DNA of 57,890 nt from Octopus bimaculoides (taxonomy: Eukaryota): assembly GCF_001194135.2 (NCBI RefSeq), contig NC_068986.1, forward strand, positions 97,120,521 to 97,178,410, given 5' to 3'. Shown piece after piece: positions 1-12,683 of the stretch; the stretch's first letter is position 1, and each line of letters opens with the position of its first letter. The notes under the pieces were generated by a model, which was not told the origin of the DNA, did no database searches, and worked only from the letters and a program-made list of their open reading frames with translations. Made by a program: the position numbers and the translations under genes.

Positions 1-515
1 ACGACTGGGAAGACTACAGCTGTCATCCGAGACTCTAATTAAGATTGTTCCGCCGACTTCTCTGAACAGGGAAGACCAGACTCGTTTCCTCTGTATAGTG
101 GCTATCGCGAAGGAGGTAGTATGGAAGACGCGTGTGAAAGAGATTGTGAAGAAAATCTTCATCTCTTGCCTTGGGTTGATTAACTTTATCCTTTTCCACC
201 TGAAAAGGAAAATAAGGCTAGAGAGATGTTTGTCGCAAAGTGCATTCGAGAAAAATGGACCATTGTTGCGAGCATGTTGAGAGTGAATGAACCTACTTGA
301 GTGAGAAGAAAAAGGAAAAAAAAACCCCACTCAAGTTTCAGTGTTGGTATGTGGTTTGCGGGGATGGCCCCGTCCCTCACACCATTCTGTTTTAATCCAC
401 TCGATTTTCATAGTTTTCATTTATTTCTAACTACATGTCTAACTTCATATTGTTAATCATTCGTTCCCCAACCCCTTGTCTGTCTTTGTGCAGACCAGCA
501 TGGTTAAATAAAAAT
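1..515 (+). mobile_element. 3' end of a Tx1/L1-clade non-LTR retrotransposon (ORF2 C-terminus, frameshifted, plus 3' UTR)
   Basis: Frame from nt 2 reads RLGRLQLSSETLIKIVPP...FLCIVAIAKEVVWKTRVKE...FHLKRKIRLER; after a frameshift near 250 it continues KWTIVASMLRVNEPT*. This is the typical Tx1-type tail downstream of the CCHC finger. AATAAA at about 507-512; the last 40 bp resemble the end of the Tx1 copy at 38570-38610. Confidence 0.7.
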
Positions 516-687
516 TCGGTTTTATTTTTACCAATTTTTACATATTTGTATTATTTGTACTGCTTATTATTTGTATTATTATTTGTATTAATTTTTATAT
601 CTCATATTCCTATACCACATACCACATACCACCCTCTCTTCCTCTTCCGCACGCACGTACGTGCACGCATGCACACAAACACGCACG

Positions 688-691
<4 letters not shown>

Positions 692-737
<46 letters not shown>
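692..737. repeat. (CA)n microsatellite
   Basis: Direct inspection. Confidence 0.95.
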
Positions 738-743
<6 letters not shown>

Positions 744-1061
744 CATTTATATACACATATGTACATAAGTATGTGTATGCATATATATATATATTTATGG
801 TTAATTGTTGAAACAATTGTAGTGATTAATAAAAACTCTGGTATCTTCCTTCTTCCTTCTCTCATTAACCAGATACATAAAGAACACTATGAAATGACCG
901 TGTTTCACCAGTAAGCTACCAGGTATAAACTATTTGTATTGTTATATATATTATATCTAATATGCCTAATATTTAAATATATGTATATACATATGAATGC
1001 ATATATCTTCGTACACACACGCGAATATACATACACCACACATACAAACACACATACACTT

Positions 1062-1109
<48 letters not shown>

Positions 1110-1607
1110 GCAAGCATGTTTGTAGATACATTACCAAGAATCTGGAAACCAGACAAGTTCTTAAAAGATGCCAAATGACTGTCTGAACTAAAAGCACAAT
1201 GGCTCTCAAGAAATATCTAGGAGCCTTTGTTTTAAAACGACATTGCTTTGAGTTGAACTGAAAAATCTTCAAACCAAAAAGAAACATGCGAATTAATCTT
1301 TCCGGAAATTTACAATTTATTACTTTATATATAGAATTGTAATTTTTATGTATTGAAGATATTGTCGAATCTTTTTTGAATGAATATGTCACTGAGTTTT
1401 GTCTGTAATTTAAGCCGATATTAAACAAGTGTTATGTTATGGTTGTGGTATATAATATAGTCAGCATTAAAACAGTGAATAGAGGTAATTATCTGGAGGG
1501 AGAGAGAGAGAGAGAGAGAGATGATGAAATTGCCAAAATATACACACACATACAAACATACATACACATATCTATAATACACTAACAACACATATATGTA
1601 TATATAC

Positions 1608-1661
<54 letters not shown>

Positions 1662-2849
1662 GGTAAGATCAAGGATCAAGATGTAGGAAGTTAGTAAGCT
1701 TTGAGCAGTCCGTAGAAGGTATAAAAAAAAACAATGTTAGGGAAGAATAGTGGCTTATTGACGTAGAAGGTTGTAAATATATCCCCCAAGTCGAGTAATT
1801 ACTACTTCTGCTAGCTAGGAAACATATACTCATATATATATGTGTGTATATAAAATTTATATACGCTCATGCATACACACATAAAATTAACGTGGTTATC
1901 ATGAATGCCATAGACAATAAAGCTTAGCTATCTGATCATTGAGTCAAATTTTGTTACAGGTGAGGGAAGTTGTTTTCCAGCAGTAATGAACACACAAATC
2001 TGTCACAGACGTAGTGGTTAAGACAACATTAACACGTGGGTCAGGAAGAAACAGATAACCATCCCCCATGATTTTGATATATTTTTGAGTCTTGAAATCT
2101 ATTACCACACAAACGTCAGCTTACAAGGACTCCCAATAATGCAGTTGTATAATTTATATCAGCTATGGCTATGCAGTGGTACAAAACAAATTATTAAAAA
2201 GCGCTCATGCCACTTGTTTATTGACACGCATTTCTCCTTGAAGGCCTGGCACTCTTTTGTCTCTGGTTACACCAAGAAAGAGTATATAGTCATATCTGCT
2301 ATTTCACTCATCACTACCATTGTGCCATTTCATTCTAGTCCAAATGAGCTTTTTCATTTCAATTAATAAATCAAGGGGAAATATAGGCAGTGGATGAATT
2401 TCATCTTGAAGAATAGTGCTTTCTTTATGACAATTCTAATGCAGGATACTGAAATATGGGAAGCTCACTTCAAAATATATATTCCTAGACATTGATTATC
2501 CTAATGCACTGAGACGATAATGGTCAAAATTCTCAAAACTCTGATGGTTACAGATATAATATCGAATAAACTGGGCTGAATTAAAAATGATATTTCTTTA
2601 CCACTGCATGTATTACTGATCAAATATCTATGCATGTGAATTGTCCTCTTGGTACTTTAGTTTCCAAGCATTACGAAAATGACATTATTTCTGTTAGTAG
2701 TCTACTTCCCGACATTCCAATTTCTACTAAATACCTCTAAACTTTTACTACAGCACCATCTTAAATGTTCTTAATCGAACAAATTGATCTTGATACTTTT
2801 ATTGTGAAGCATGCATAAACACACACACATACACAGAGAGACATATATA

Positions 2850-2903
<54 letters not shown>

Positions 2904-3334
2904 NNNNNNNNNNNNNNNNNNNNNNNNNNNNNNNNNNNNNNNNNNNNNNNNNNNNNNNNNNNNNNNNNNNNNNNNNNNNNNNNNNNNNNNNNNNNNNNNN
3001 NNNNNNNNNNNNNNNNNNNNNNNNNNNNNNNNNNNNNNNNNNNNNNNNNNNNNNNNNNNNNNNNNNNNNNNNNNNNNNNNNNNNNNNNNNNNNNNNNNNN
3101 NNNNNNNNNNNNNNNNNNNNNNNNNNNNNNNNNNNNNNNNNNNNNNNNNNNNNNNNNNNNNNNNNNNNNNNNNNNNNNNNNNNNNNNNNNNNNNNNNNNN
3201 NNNNNNNNNNNNNATATATATAAATATATATGTATGTATATATATATATACACACACCCATATTCTGTTGATCTCTATTACTGAATCGCTAAAAGTGGCT
3301 TCCATACAGTCTCTTGCTAGCAAATTCATCACAA

Positions 3335-3412
3335 AGCATGTGCCACGCAGTGGGATTGAACCTAAAACTGTGTGGTTGTAAAGCGAGATTTCTTAACGGC
3401 ACAGCCACGCCT
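3335..3412 (-). mobile_element. tRNA-derived SINE head fragment (same family as 13948-14340)
   Basis: Reverse complement AGGCGTGGCTGTGCCGTTAAGAAATCTCGC...GGTTCAATCCCACTGCGTGGCAC has A/B-box-like motifs and aligns with the head of the 13948-14340 SINE. Confidence 0.75.
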
Positions 3413-3744
3413 TAAGAATTTCAAGAATTTTAAGAATAAAAGTCAATATATAATGTTCAGTAATCAATTCAAATGAAATCAAATTGAATTCCATTTACAT
3501 AATCCTGTGATCTTATTTAATACACTTGAATCAGATACATGTAATTTACACAAATTACGGAATCTACTATTAACATTGAGTGCAGTGCATTAGATACAAG
3601 ACCGACATAAACGTAGATGTAAACAATTTCATTTCTCAGATGAAAGATAACTTTTCAAGCGAAATGTTATAGAGTTGTATTGAAGGGAATAAGTATTCTA
3701 TAAGAATTCTGGTCGTTTTACAGCTACTTTTCAGGCTGTGTGTG

Positions 3745-3748
<4 letters not shown>

Positions 3749-3776
<28 letters not shown>

Positions 3777-3830
3777 TGTATGTATGTATGTATGTATGTA
3801 TGTATGCATGTATGTATGCATGTATGTATG
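3749..3830. repeat. (GTAT)n microsatellite
   Basis: Direct inspection. Confidence 0.95.
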
Positions 3831-4003
3831 TTGGAAGATAAGTAGGGAGTTATATGGATATATTTATGCATTCTTACAAGTACACACAGGCGAACATACA
3901 TATATAATACACTCACGCACACAAGCATACAAATACATTTATGTAAACGTGTATATATGCATATATACATACACGAGTGTATGTATAAATAACCATGTTT
4001 ACA

Positions 4004-4034
<31 letters not shown>

Positions 4035-4873
4035 NNNNNNNNNNNNNNNNNNNNNNNNNNNNNNNNNNNNNNNNNNNNNNNNNNNNNNNNNNNNNNNNNN
4101 NNNNNNNNNNNNNNNNNNNNNNNNNNNNNNNNNNNNNNNNNNNNNNNNNNNNNNNNNNNNNNNNNNNNNNNNNNNNNNNNNNNNNNNNNNNNNNNNNNNN
4201 NNNNNNNNNNNNNNNNNNNNNNNNNNNNNNNNNNNNNNNNNNNNNNNNNNNNNNNNNNNNNNNNNNNNNNNNNNNNNNNNNNNNNNNNNNNNNNNNNNNN
4301 NNNNNNNNNNNNNNNNNNNNNNNNNNNNNNNNNNNNNNNNNNNNNNNNNNNNNNNNNNNNNNNNNNNNNNNNNNNNNNNNNNNNNNNNNNNNNNNNNNNN
4401 NNNNNNNNNNNNNNNNNNNNNNNNNNNNNNNNNNNNNNNNNNNNNNNNNNNNNNNNNNNNNNNNNNNNNNNNNNNNNNNNNNNNNNNNNNNNNNNNNNNN
4501 NNNNNNNNNNNNNNNNNNNNNNNNNNNNNNNNNNNNNNNNNNNNNNNNNNNNNNNNNNNNNNNNNNNNNNNNNNNNNNNNNNNNNNNNNNNNNNNNNNNN
4601 NNNNNNNNNNNNNNNNNNNNNNNNNNNNNNNNNNNNNNNNNNNNNNNNNNNNNNNNNNNNNNNNNNNNNNNNNNNNNNNNNNNNNNNNNNNNNNNNNNNN
4701 NNNNNNNNNNNNNNNNNNNNNNNNNNNNNNNNTTTTTTTTTTTACCTGGATCCGGTTAAATGAGCCATCAGCTGAATTTCAAAGTCTCACTCAGCACATA
4801 TTTATTTGTGTCTACTCTCACTATTGAGTCGAGATCGAAATATGATCTACTATTATTTTAAAACTTGCTTGAC

Positions 4874-4874
<1 letters not shown>

Positions 4875-4942
<68 letters not shown>
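4875..4942. repeat. (TCTA)n microsatellite
   Basis: Direct inspection. Confidence 0.95.
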
Positions 4943-4944
<2 letters not shown>

Positions 4945-5767
4945 GGTTCGTCTGTCTGTCGCTGTGTATGCTTGCCTGTTATGTCTGTCAGTCTCTCTCT
5001 CCCCTCCCCCTCTCTCTCTCCTACTTCTCTCTCTGTGTCTTTTATATGCATTTATATGTGTCTATATGTCTGTATGTGTATTCAAAATTATTTTATTGTT
5101 ATACTGTTTGTCTAAATGTCTCTTTGTGTGACTTCTCTATGGCAGCAATATTTTTTGTCTGTTATCTTATTACATTGTGTTTATATTGCTGCTTTCTTTT
5201 TTCTTTGTTTATAAATTATTTGCTAAATTTCTTGGGATATTTCTATCGTTATGAATTGTCAGGTTTATTGTTTCAGTTTATTGATTGCTTGCCTAAGAGT
5301 TTATGAGTTTAATGTTTTCTTGGCTAAGTGTGCATTAGTTTATTGGTAAAGGGTAAATGTCTCACGTTGGTAGTATTGAAATTGCTTTAACCAGCAATAT
5401 GACAGATATTCAATTCACAAAATAATTAATTGGTGTCTTTAGAACTGTTTTAACAAAATAAATTTCAGACGTATGTTTCTGTAAACATAGCACTGTCTAC
5501 TGGATGTGTAAACAATGGTTTATACTCGAGGAAACTGTAACTCATGGATTATTGAAGTAGGGAAAAGCTCACAAAAGTATCGAGCAATTCTGAAATCGAA
5601 ATCGTGGTCCGAATGCATTTAACATATAAAGCCCTACAAAATAAATAAATAAAGAAAAATATCCAAAAGGCAGACGGTAGTGTGACACAGAGCGATAGAA
5701 TATGTTTAACATCCATTTGCTACTGGATAAAAGTAATTGTCCAACAGTATCTCGTTACTTTTTGCAG

Positions 5768-5813
5768 GGTTCTCAAAGTTACGCATATCCTAAGGGTTAC
5801 GAAAGAGAAATTG
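5768..5813 (+). CDS. Candidate 46-nt internal exon of an unidentified host gene
   Basis: Acceptor ctcgttactttttgcag| and a perfect-consensus donor TTG|gtaagt. Two frames are open (GSQSYAYPKGYEREI or VLKVTHILRVTKEKL). It lies outside any recognisable repeat. No homology identified. Confidence 0.3.
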
Positions 5814-6667
5814 GTAAGTGCCGGTACACGATGTTTGTAAAATCGCAGGAATTTTAAAGTAAATACTGCCAATTAAATGTAAATTGTATCTTGAAAATGT
5901 GTGGAGAACATTTTGTAGTTCCTAAATGCTTATTGGTTGTGAAGAAAGCTCTCAACCTCTGTGAAAATGTAACAATAATTTAAATGTAATTTATTTCTGA
6001 CAAACACAAATTCAGAAATTTTGGGAAGAAAACAGTCAGTTGTGTCGTCTAATTTAAATATTTAAATTGAATAATATTAATAGCAGACAACACAAATGTA
6101 TTGTCTGTTGTATGGTATGTAACCATTTTCGCAATATTCATCACATGAGGACGGCCAAAACAGCCACATATTATGAAGGGATGCGTCGGGGGGTGGGGAA
6201 AGACGAGGAAAGCTTCATGTAATGAGTCGCAAAACGCGTTTACAGCAGACTCGGCTTCGGTGGGCTTGTAAAAGAAATGACCACAGCTTTTCATCTTAAC
6301 ATTAATTTAAAAAAACATACGTTACCAGACCAAAACTGATTTTTTCGCTCAGTAATCATGATTTATCTGGTGCTTTTGTTACATTAATGAACTACTGATA
6401 CAAATACACACGCATTTATATTTTGTGGCATGTGGAATTGAAATATGTTTGTATTAAAGAGAATGTTGTATCTAATTTGAATGTATACTTCATTAAGCCA
6501 TTGATTTCTTTCTCTTTATTCAATATAAGCTAGTCAAAGTTAAACATTAGTCATGTTAAGGCTATGATATTTAATGTAGTCGGTAGTGAAACACTAAATT
6601 GAAACAATTAACTTGTCAGACTTGATGGAGACAATGACGAATATACAAATACACGTTTATATATAAA

Positions 6668-6754
6668 TAGCTGTGTGAGCAAGAAACTCACTTTGCAGCC
6701 TCTTCGTTGCAGGCCAGTCCCATTCCGCGGTATCCCTTGGACAAGTGACTTCAA

Positions 6755-6757
<3 letters not shown>
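6668..6757 (+). mobile_element. Degraded tRNA-derived SINE head
   Basis: GCTGTGTGAGCAAGAAACTCACTTT...CAGTCCCATTCCGCGGTATCCCTTGGACAAGTGACTTC aligns loosely with the 13948-14340 SINE head. Confidence 0.45.
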
Positions 6758-6799
<42 letters not shown>

Positions 6800-6973
6800 G
6801 TACAAGACGTCACCAACAGTAAACAACATGAAATACGAAAACAAATGAGTTCAATACACAAACAACGAGAGAAACAAATGCAAAACAGGAGAAGTAATGC
6901 AAAGAACAACCCTTCATCAGTTGTCGGCTGTCTATCTACTCCTCATTTCGAATATACATATACATATGTGTGC

Positions 6974-7006
<33 letters not shown>

Positions 7007-8524
7007 CGTGGATGCACACACTCACATACGGGTGTATCACATGCACACACAAACATACACTGTGGCGCATATATATATATATATATATATAGTTTCAATA
7101 TATTTATTGGGGTGAATATTGATAAACTAACTAGAAATAATTATGCATCGAAACACACTGATGTAAATTTGTGCTTATATATTTCATGTAGTGAATATTA
7201 AAAAGCTTAACTAGAATACTTATTGGGAAAGCAAATCAACGAAACAAGATTAGTGAACGGGCAATCTTATTTTCATTTTTTAACTCGCCAAGTAACTCTA
7301 TGTTGAATTTGCCTACGCAACTCCTATCACTTTTTCTCGTACATCTCTGATCAAAAGTAATCCCACAATGTTTAGTTGTGATACAGAGAAAAATATAAAG
7401 ACCACAAACGCATATATAGAGAAATTATAGCTTCCTCATCCTTTTATTTACAACTAAGTATTAAGTCACTCTTTCTCTTCTTTCATAATTTCCTACATAC
7501 CTTACTTCCCATTTGTTTATTAACCTTATATTTATTGCTTGGAAACTACAAATTTGTTTTTAATTGGTACCTTTTTTTCTGTGTAAAAAAACAAACCTTG
7601 GCACTTGTTGTGCCCTTCTTCGTATTTAAGTTTTCCATTCATTAAAGTTTCTGATTTATACGTCATTTGTTCTTATTCTCACATTTTATAGTCTAATGAA
7701 TAGTTGCTGCCGAAACTTCTGTCACAGGAAACTTAAATTTCTGCCGAATAAAACGTATAAATCTGTGTTGAATTCTTTTTCTGTGAATGTCACCTGGTTT
7801 TTGTTAAATAACACTATCTTCAACTGTAAAATGTATGTCTTCCTTTGAGATTTATTTAACTATCTTAGTCTTTGAAAAATTCAATGAGGTCACAAGCAAA
7901 GTGGCAAATTTCTTGGTGCTTTGCGGTTATCAGAATTGGTTAAATACGGTGTGACTTGTAAAAGATATAATCTAAATTTTCCATTCTAAAAATAAATGTA
8001 TTTATTTCCCACCCAATAACTTCTTTTATTTCACTTCTATGTTGAATAACATAATAGGAAATAAAAGTGTTGCTTGAAACGTTTTCTTTGTGTTTACGGT
8101 TTTTTTGAATTTCATTTGTCGCTGTTTGATATTTTAAAAGCGACTTCAGTGTTTACTTGAATATTCATATGTGTGTGAATACAAGTTACGTTCTCATGTT
8201 TATGAAGATATTTGTGTATATATAAGATAAATCTTTTCAAATTTTAAAACATGTTAAAATCAAAGGGATCTACGCGAACATTAAGATTCTGTAGATATTT
8301 TCTTCAAATATTTGAACCTGTTATACATATATGTTCGTCTATATTTTCATTATTTTATAAGCTTCACACTTGATGAACTCTGACCATTCTCTGGGACCAA
8401 CTTCAGGGGATTTTTAAACGATGATATGAAACCTGATACACGAACAAGTACTCTGTCTTATATCGTTACTGGCTTCAACTTTGCTTCAACTTGAGTGTGT
8501 GCACGCGCGTATGTATACAGACAT

Positions 8525-8585
<61 letters not shown>

Positions 8586-8780
8586 CATACATACATACAT
8601 ACATACGTATATATATATANNNNNNNNNNNNNNNNNNNNNNNNNNNNNNNNNNNNNNNNNNNNNNNNNNNNNNNNNNNNNNNNNNNNNNNNNNNNNNNNN
8701 NNNNNNNNNNNNNNNNNNNNNNNNNNNNNNNNNNNNNNNNNNNNNNNNNNNNNNNNNNNNNNNNNNNTATATATAATGAT

Positions 8781-9231
8781 AGTTCTTTGATGAAATCCTA
8801 GCACAAGATTGGAACTTGTCCAGCTGATCCTGTCTTTTTCCCGTCCACAGACCTATTTTATGTAGATAAGATAGAAGGATTTATAAATCATCCTGTCCAA
8901 TTTATTTAAACTCTTGGTAATAATAGTTTTATAAACAGTGTTTCTGAGTTCAGTGAAAAAGAATGATTGTCCTTTGATGAAATCCCAGAAGAGGATTGGA
9001 AATTGTTCAGCTGATCCTGTATTTTCTGTCCACAAACCTATTTCATGTACGTCGGATAGAAAGATATATAAATCATCCTATCCAATTTATTTAAGCTCTT
9101 GATAATAATAGTTTTATGAACAATGTTTCCGCGTTCAGTGAAAAAAGAACAATCGTTCTTTGATGAAATCCCAGCACAAAATTGGAACTTGTCCAGCTGA
9201 TCCTGACGTTTCTATCCACAAACCTATTTCA
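8781..9231. repeat. Tandem repeat, about 2.4 copies of a 186-187 bp unit
   Basis: CTTTGATGAAATCC recurs at 8785, 8972 and 9158; the units align along their length (gattggaa..tgt.cagctgatcctg...ccaca.acctattt.atgta). Confidence 0.95.
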
Positions 9232-9371
9232 TGTAGTGTTAAGGTAGTTCTATCTATCATTAATAGTGTTAGCTTAAATTTATATACAAATTCTGTAGAA
9301 TATTATAGCATTATAACAAAACGCTGTTAACTTGTCTAAAAGAAAATCATTTCACATCATACATACATGCA

Positions 9372-9476
9372 TACCTACCTACCTACCTACCTACCTACCT
9401 ACCTACCTACCTACCTACCTACCTACCTACCTACCTACATACATACATACATACATACATACATACATACATACAT
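9372..9476. repeat. Compound (CTAC)n(ATAC)n microsatellite
   Basis: Direct inspection. Confidence 0.95.
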
Positions 9477-9870
9477 GTATAAAGCACAACAGACGTGATA
9501 TAATGATTTGGGATAGAGAAGAGAAACTGTTCACATTTGTAGAAATTAGCTGCCCAGCAGATAGTAACATAAAGCTGGAGATCAGTGAAAAAGAGAACAC
9601 CTATGCTGAACTATTGAGAAATCTACAGTTACTCTATCCAGATTATAAGTTCAGGTTTATACCTGTAATTATTGGGCCCTTGGGATATGTAACAAAACCA
9701 GAAAGGAGAAAGCTAATCCGAAGGTTACAGATCCAATCAATCACTGGAACTGTAAAAATCTGTAAAACTTTCCAGAATTTTATCATTTAGATATATATAT
9801 GAGCATGTCTAGATATGTAACTCTCTGCTTGAGTATACATACATAAAACATAAAAATTCTGCACAAACAT
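9476..9870 (+). mobile_element. 5'-truncated non-LTR retrotransposon with restriction-like endonuclease (RLE; R4/Dong/NeSL-type)
   Basis: Open frame CIKHNRRDIMIWDREEKLFTFVEISCPAD...KENTYAELL...FIPVIIGPLGYV...LQIQSITGTV..* matches the PD-(D/E)xK RLE signature (RPD...IEFSCP...K..Y...P.IIG.LG), with the P of PD mutated to R. A short 3' UTR runs into (ATAC)n. Confidence 0.85.
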
Positions 9871-9920
9871 GCATACATACATACATACATACATACATAC
9901 ATACATACATACATACATAC

Positions 9921-12683
9921 ATGATGGCCGTCCACTCATGACCGAGGAAGACCATTGCTGACCCTGACCTTCGGGAACATTGTGCGCTCTAGAACTAACT
10001 TATATTTTGCGTTTGGGGTTCTGTTGGTGGCTAATGAGCCCTACTCTTGACAAGCATACCGGACTGCAAACATTTCAAACTAAGCTTTCCCAATTCACTA
10101 CACCAGCAGTGCGCTTTCGATCATCACGCTTAAATTTTTCATCCAGAATACTGCCATCTCAAAAGTGCCGACCTCCTCCTTAACCTGCTTCCTCCATCTG
10201 TGGTGATGACAGACATTGCTCTCCCAGTCAGTCTCCTGCATATCACAGGCATTTAATGAGGACTTGATACAGTCCTTAAATCGCAGCCTTGGTTTCTGCC
10301 GGCGTCTCTTTCCATTCACAAGTTCCCCATATAGCATCTGCATAGGGATCCTGCTATCCTTCATTCTAATAAGGTGTTCAGTCCAACATAACCGGCGCTT
10401 GTGCACCATCACCTCAATATGCATGATATCAGCTGTTCTCAGTACCTAGGTGTCTGGAGTTTTTAAGGTGCAGCCAACATTCAGAATGTGTCTGAAACAT
10501 CTCTGATGAAATCGTTCAAGGACCCTTACATGACGTTTGTAAAAGGTCCATGTCTCACATGAGTAAAGGACCAATATCAGTACACATTCACAGTACACAG
10601 CAATTTTTGTTTGCTTTGTGATACTATGCTGGGCCCAGACACGAGACTGAAGAGACCGGAACGAATCAGTTGCTCTCTGCAGCCTGAAAGATATTTCAAC
10701 AACCAGGGAGCAAGAACAGCTTAGTGTGCTGCCCAGGTAGACAAGCTTGTCTACCACTTTCGGGATTGTTCTTTCAACCAAGATAGCTGGTTCTACATAT
10801 GGATTGCCTGGTGCAGGCTGGAATATTACAGCAGCCTTGTCCAGGCTAATGATGAGTCCAAATGCCTTGCAAGAAGCAGAAATACTAAGTATTTGCATGT
10901 CATCCATTGTATGAGTGATTAAGTTACAGTCATCTGCATAAAGGAGATCACGAAAAAGAGACTGGAAAATTTTTGAAGTGGCAGCAAATCGGCGCAGATT
11001 AAAGAGGCGGCCAGAAGATCGATACCTGACATATATTCCCAGAGAGCTAACCTTAGCAAAAGTATGAGTAAAAGCAGTAGCAAAGTACAAAGAAAAGAGA
11101 GTTGGGGCACGGATTTCACCCTATTTGACACCATTCTCTATAAGAATGGGTCCCACCATGCCGCCACCAACACTGACCCAATGCTCCATCCCAGCATGAA
11201 ATAATTTAATTATAGATACAAAGTGATCCGGATATCCAAGTTTGCCAAGTATTTTCCATAGCAAGGTCCCATTCACAGTATCAAAGGCCTTCGTTAAATC
11301 AATGAATATCTGGACAAGATACATATTCTGCTCATAACACTTCTCCTGCATTTGTCTTGCTGTGAAAATCAAATCCATTGTCCCTCTACCAGATCGGAAG
11401 CCACATTGAGATTCAGATAGGACATAATTTACAAGACACCCATTCAGACGGGTAAGAAGAATATTTGACCAGAACCTTGCCAGCAGCTGATAATAGAGCA
11501 ATACCTCTGTAGTTACCACACATTGTTCTGGCTTCTTTTCCTTTATATAGAGGAAGAATAATTGCATCCTTCCAGTCCTTATGCATTGCACCATCCCTCC
11601 AGACTGCACTAATAAGTTCATGAAGGGACTGTGTGATGTAATTACCNNNNNNNNNNNNNNNNNNNNNNNNNNNNNNNNNNNNNNNNNNNNNNNNNNNNNN
11701 NNNNNNNNNNNNNNNNNNNNNNNNNNNNNNNNNNNNNNNNNNNNNNNNNNNNNNNNNNNNNNNNNNNNNNNNNNNNNNNNNNNNNNNNNNNNNNNNNNNN
11801 NNNNNNNTCCAGGTGCCCTATCAAGATTCAGTTTACTTATTGATGTCATTACTTCATTTATTGAGGGCGAGGAGTTTAAGGAACCAATGATAGGTCTTTG
11901 TTGCATAGTATCGATCACTGTTTCATCCACAACTGACTCATTGTTTAGGAGTTCAGAGAAGTGTTCGATCCAGCCACCTGTGATTTCTGTTGATTTAGTA
12001 AACAGAATGGAAGACTTCTTGGAAAGCAAAGGAGCGGATGTGGAGCTCTTAGGTCCATAAGCTTGCTTCATAAGATGGTAAAGCTTCTTGCTGTCATTTG
12101 CATCAGTAGCAGCCTAAACATCACGAGCAAGATCCTCCCACCAAGTGTTCTGCATTTTCCTGAGAGATCGTTGCAGTAGTGCTAAACTTCGCTGCACAGT
12201 AGACAGTTCTCTGTGTAGCATTACATTGTGGGCATGGCGCTTTACCACCAATATTCGCTGAACGTCAGCATCATTTTCATCAAACCAGTCTCTGTGTCTG
12301 GCAGTAGTATATCCCAGTGTTTCAGCAGCACATTGAAGAACCTGGTCTCGAAAATCTTCCCATGCAGTAGTATTTTCAATGCTGGACAAGCAAGTATGAA
12401 GCTCTTTCCTCAACACAGCATCATATATCTTGTGGACATTTAGACGCCGAGGAATGCCAAGTGGCCCTCTTCTCTTTCACTCTAATCATCATCCGGAACT
12501 TTGCCTGCACCAGACTGTGGTCTGTCCAGCATTCCGACCCATGAAAGAACTTGACATTATTAGAGTAGCAAACCGCCCACCTTTCCTGATGCAATTGTAG
12601 AGTCATTAGACGTTCATTTATAGGAACAGGAAACTCCCCCAACTTCTTAAAGATATCAGATCGAACTGCAAATCCAACACCAA
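9921..12683 (-). mobile_element. RTE-clade LINE, degraded and 5'-truncated (APE remnant, RT domain, 3' end)
   Basis: APE remnants GVGFAV...PINERLMTL and ECWTDH. RT motifs QCGFRSGRGTMDLIFTARQMQEKC..Q...FIDLTKAFDTV and LLYADD (10929-10940). C-terminal RIPMQMLYGEL.NGKR...KPRLRFKD. RTE-type 3' end caatggtcttcctcggtcatgagtggacggccatc. Several frameshifts and stops; gap at 11647-11807. Confidence 0.95.

Noticed and set aside
1129-1178. RIWKPDKFLKDAK resembling the Cys-loop receptor IW.PD motif
   Set aside because: It runs into a stop with no donor site before it, and no other receptor exon is found; a five-residue match is expected by chance.
1950-1966. ttttgttacag|gtgagg, a recursive-splice-like AG/GT site
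   Set aside because: Such juxtapositions occur by chance in 58 kb (weaker ones at about 16083 and 25270), and no host transcript is established.
2085-2450. hAT-like FVLYHCIA motif on the minus strand
   Set aside because: The CxxH histidine is absent, there are many stops, and no TIRs were found.
6049-6294. 81-aa minus-strand ORF in a GC-richer patch (AVNAFCDSL, SDR-like)
   Set aside because: The YxxxK catalytic motif is absent and the splice sites are poor; left unassigned.
7693-7730. Hammerhead-like CTAATGA...CGAAAC...GTC
   Set aside because: The core G5 is mutated and stems I and II pair poorly; at best a dead relic.
7250-8300. Possible PLE remnant on the minus strand (MKKRKSDLILSCNKKD, ADKG-like)
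   Set aside because: Only one weak motif in very AT-rich sequence; not enough to call.
8781-9231. CRISPR-like or coding repeat interpretation
   Set aside because: The units are contiguous with no unique spacers, the context is eukaryotic with no cas genes, and the frame shifts between units.
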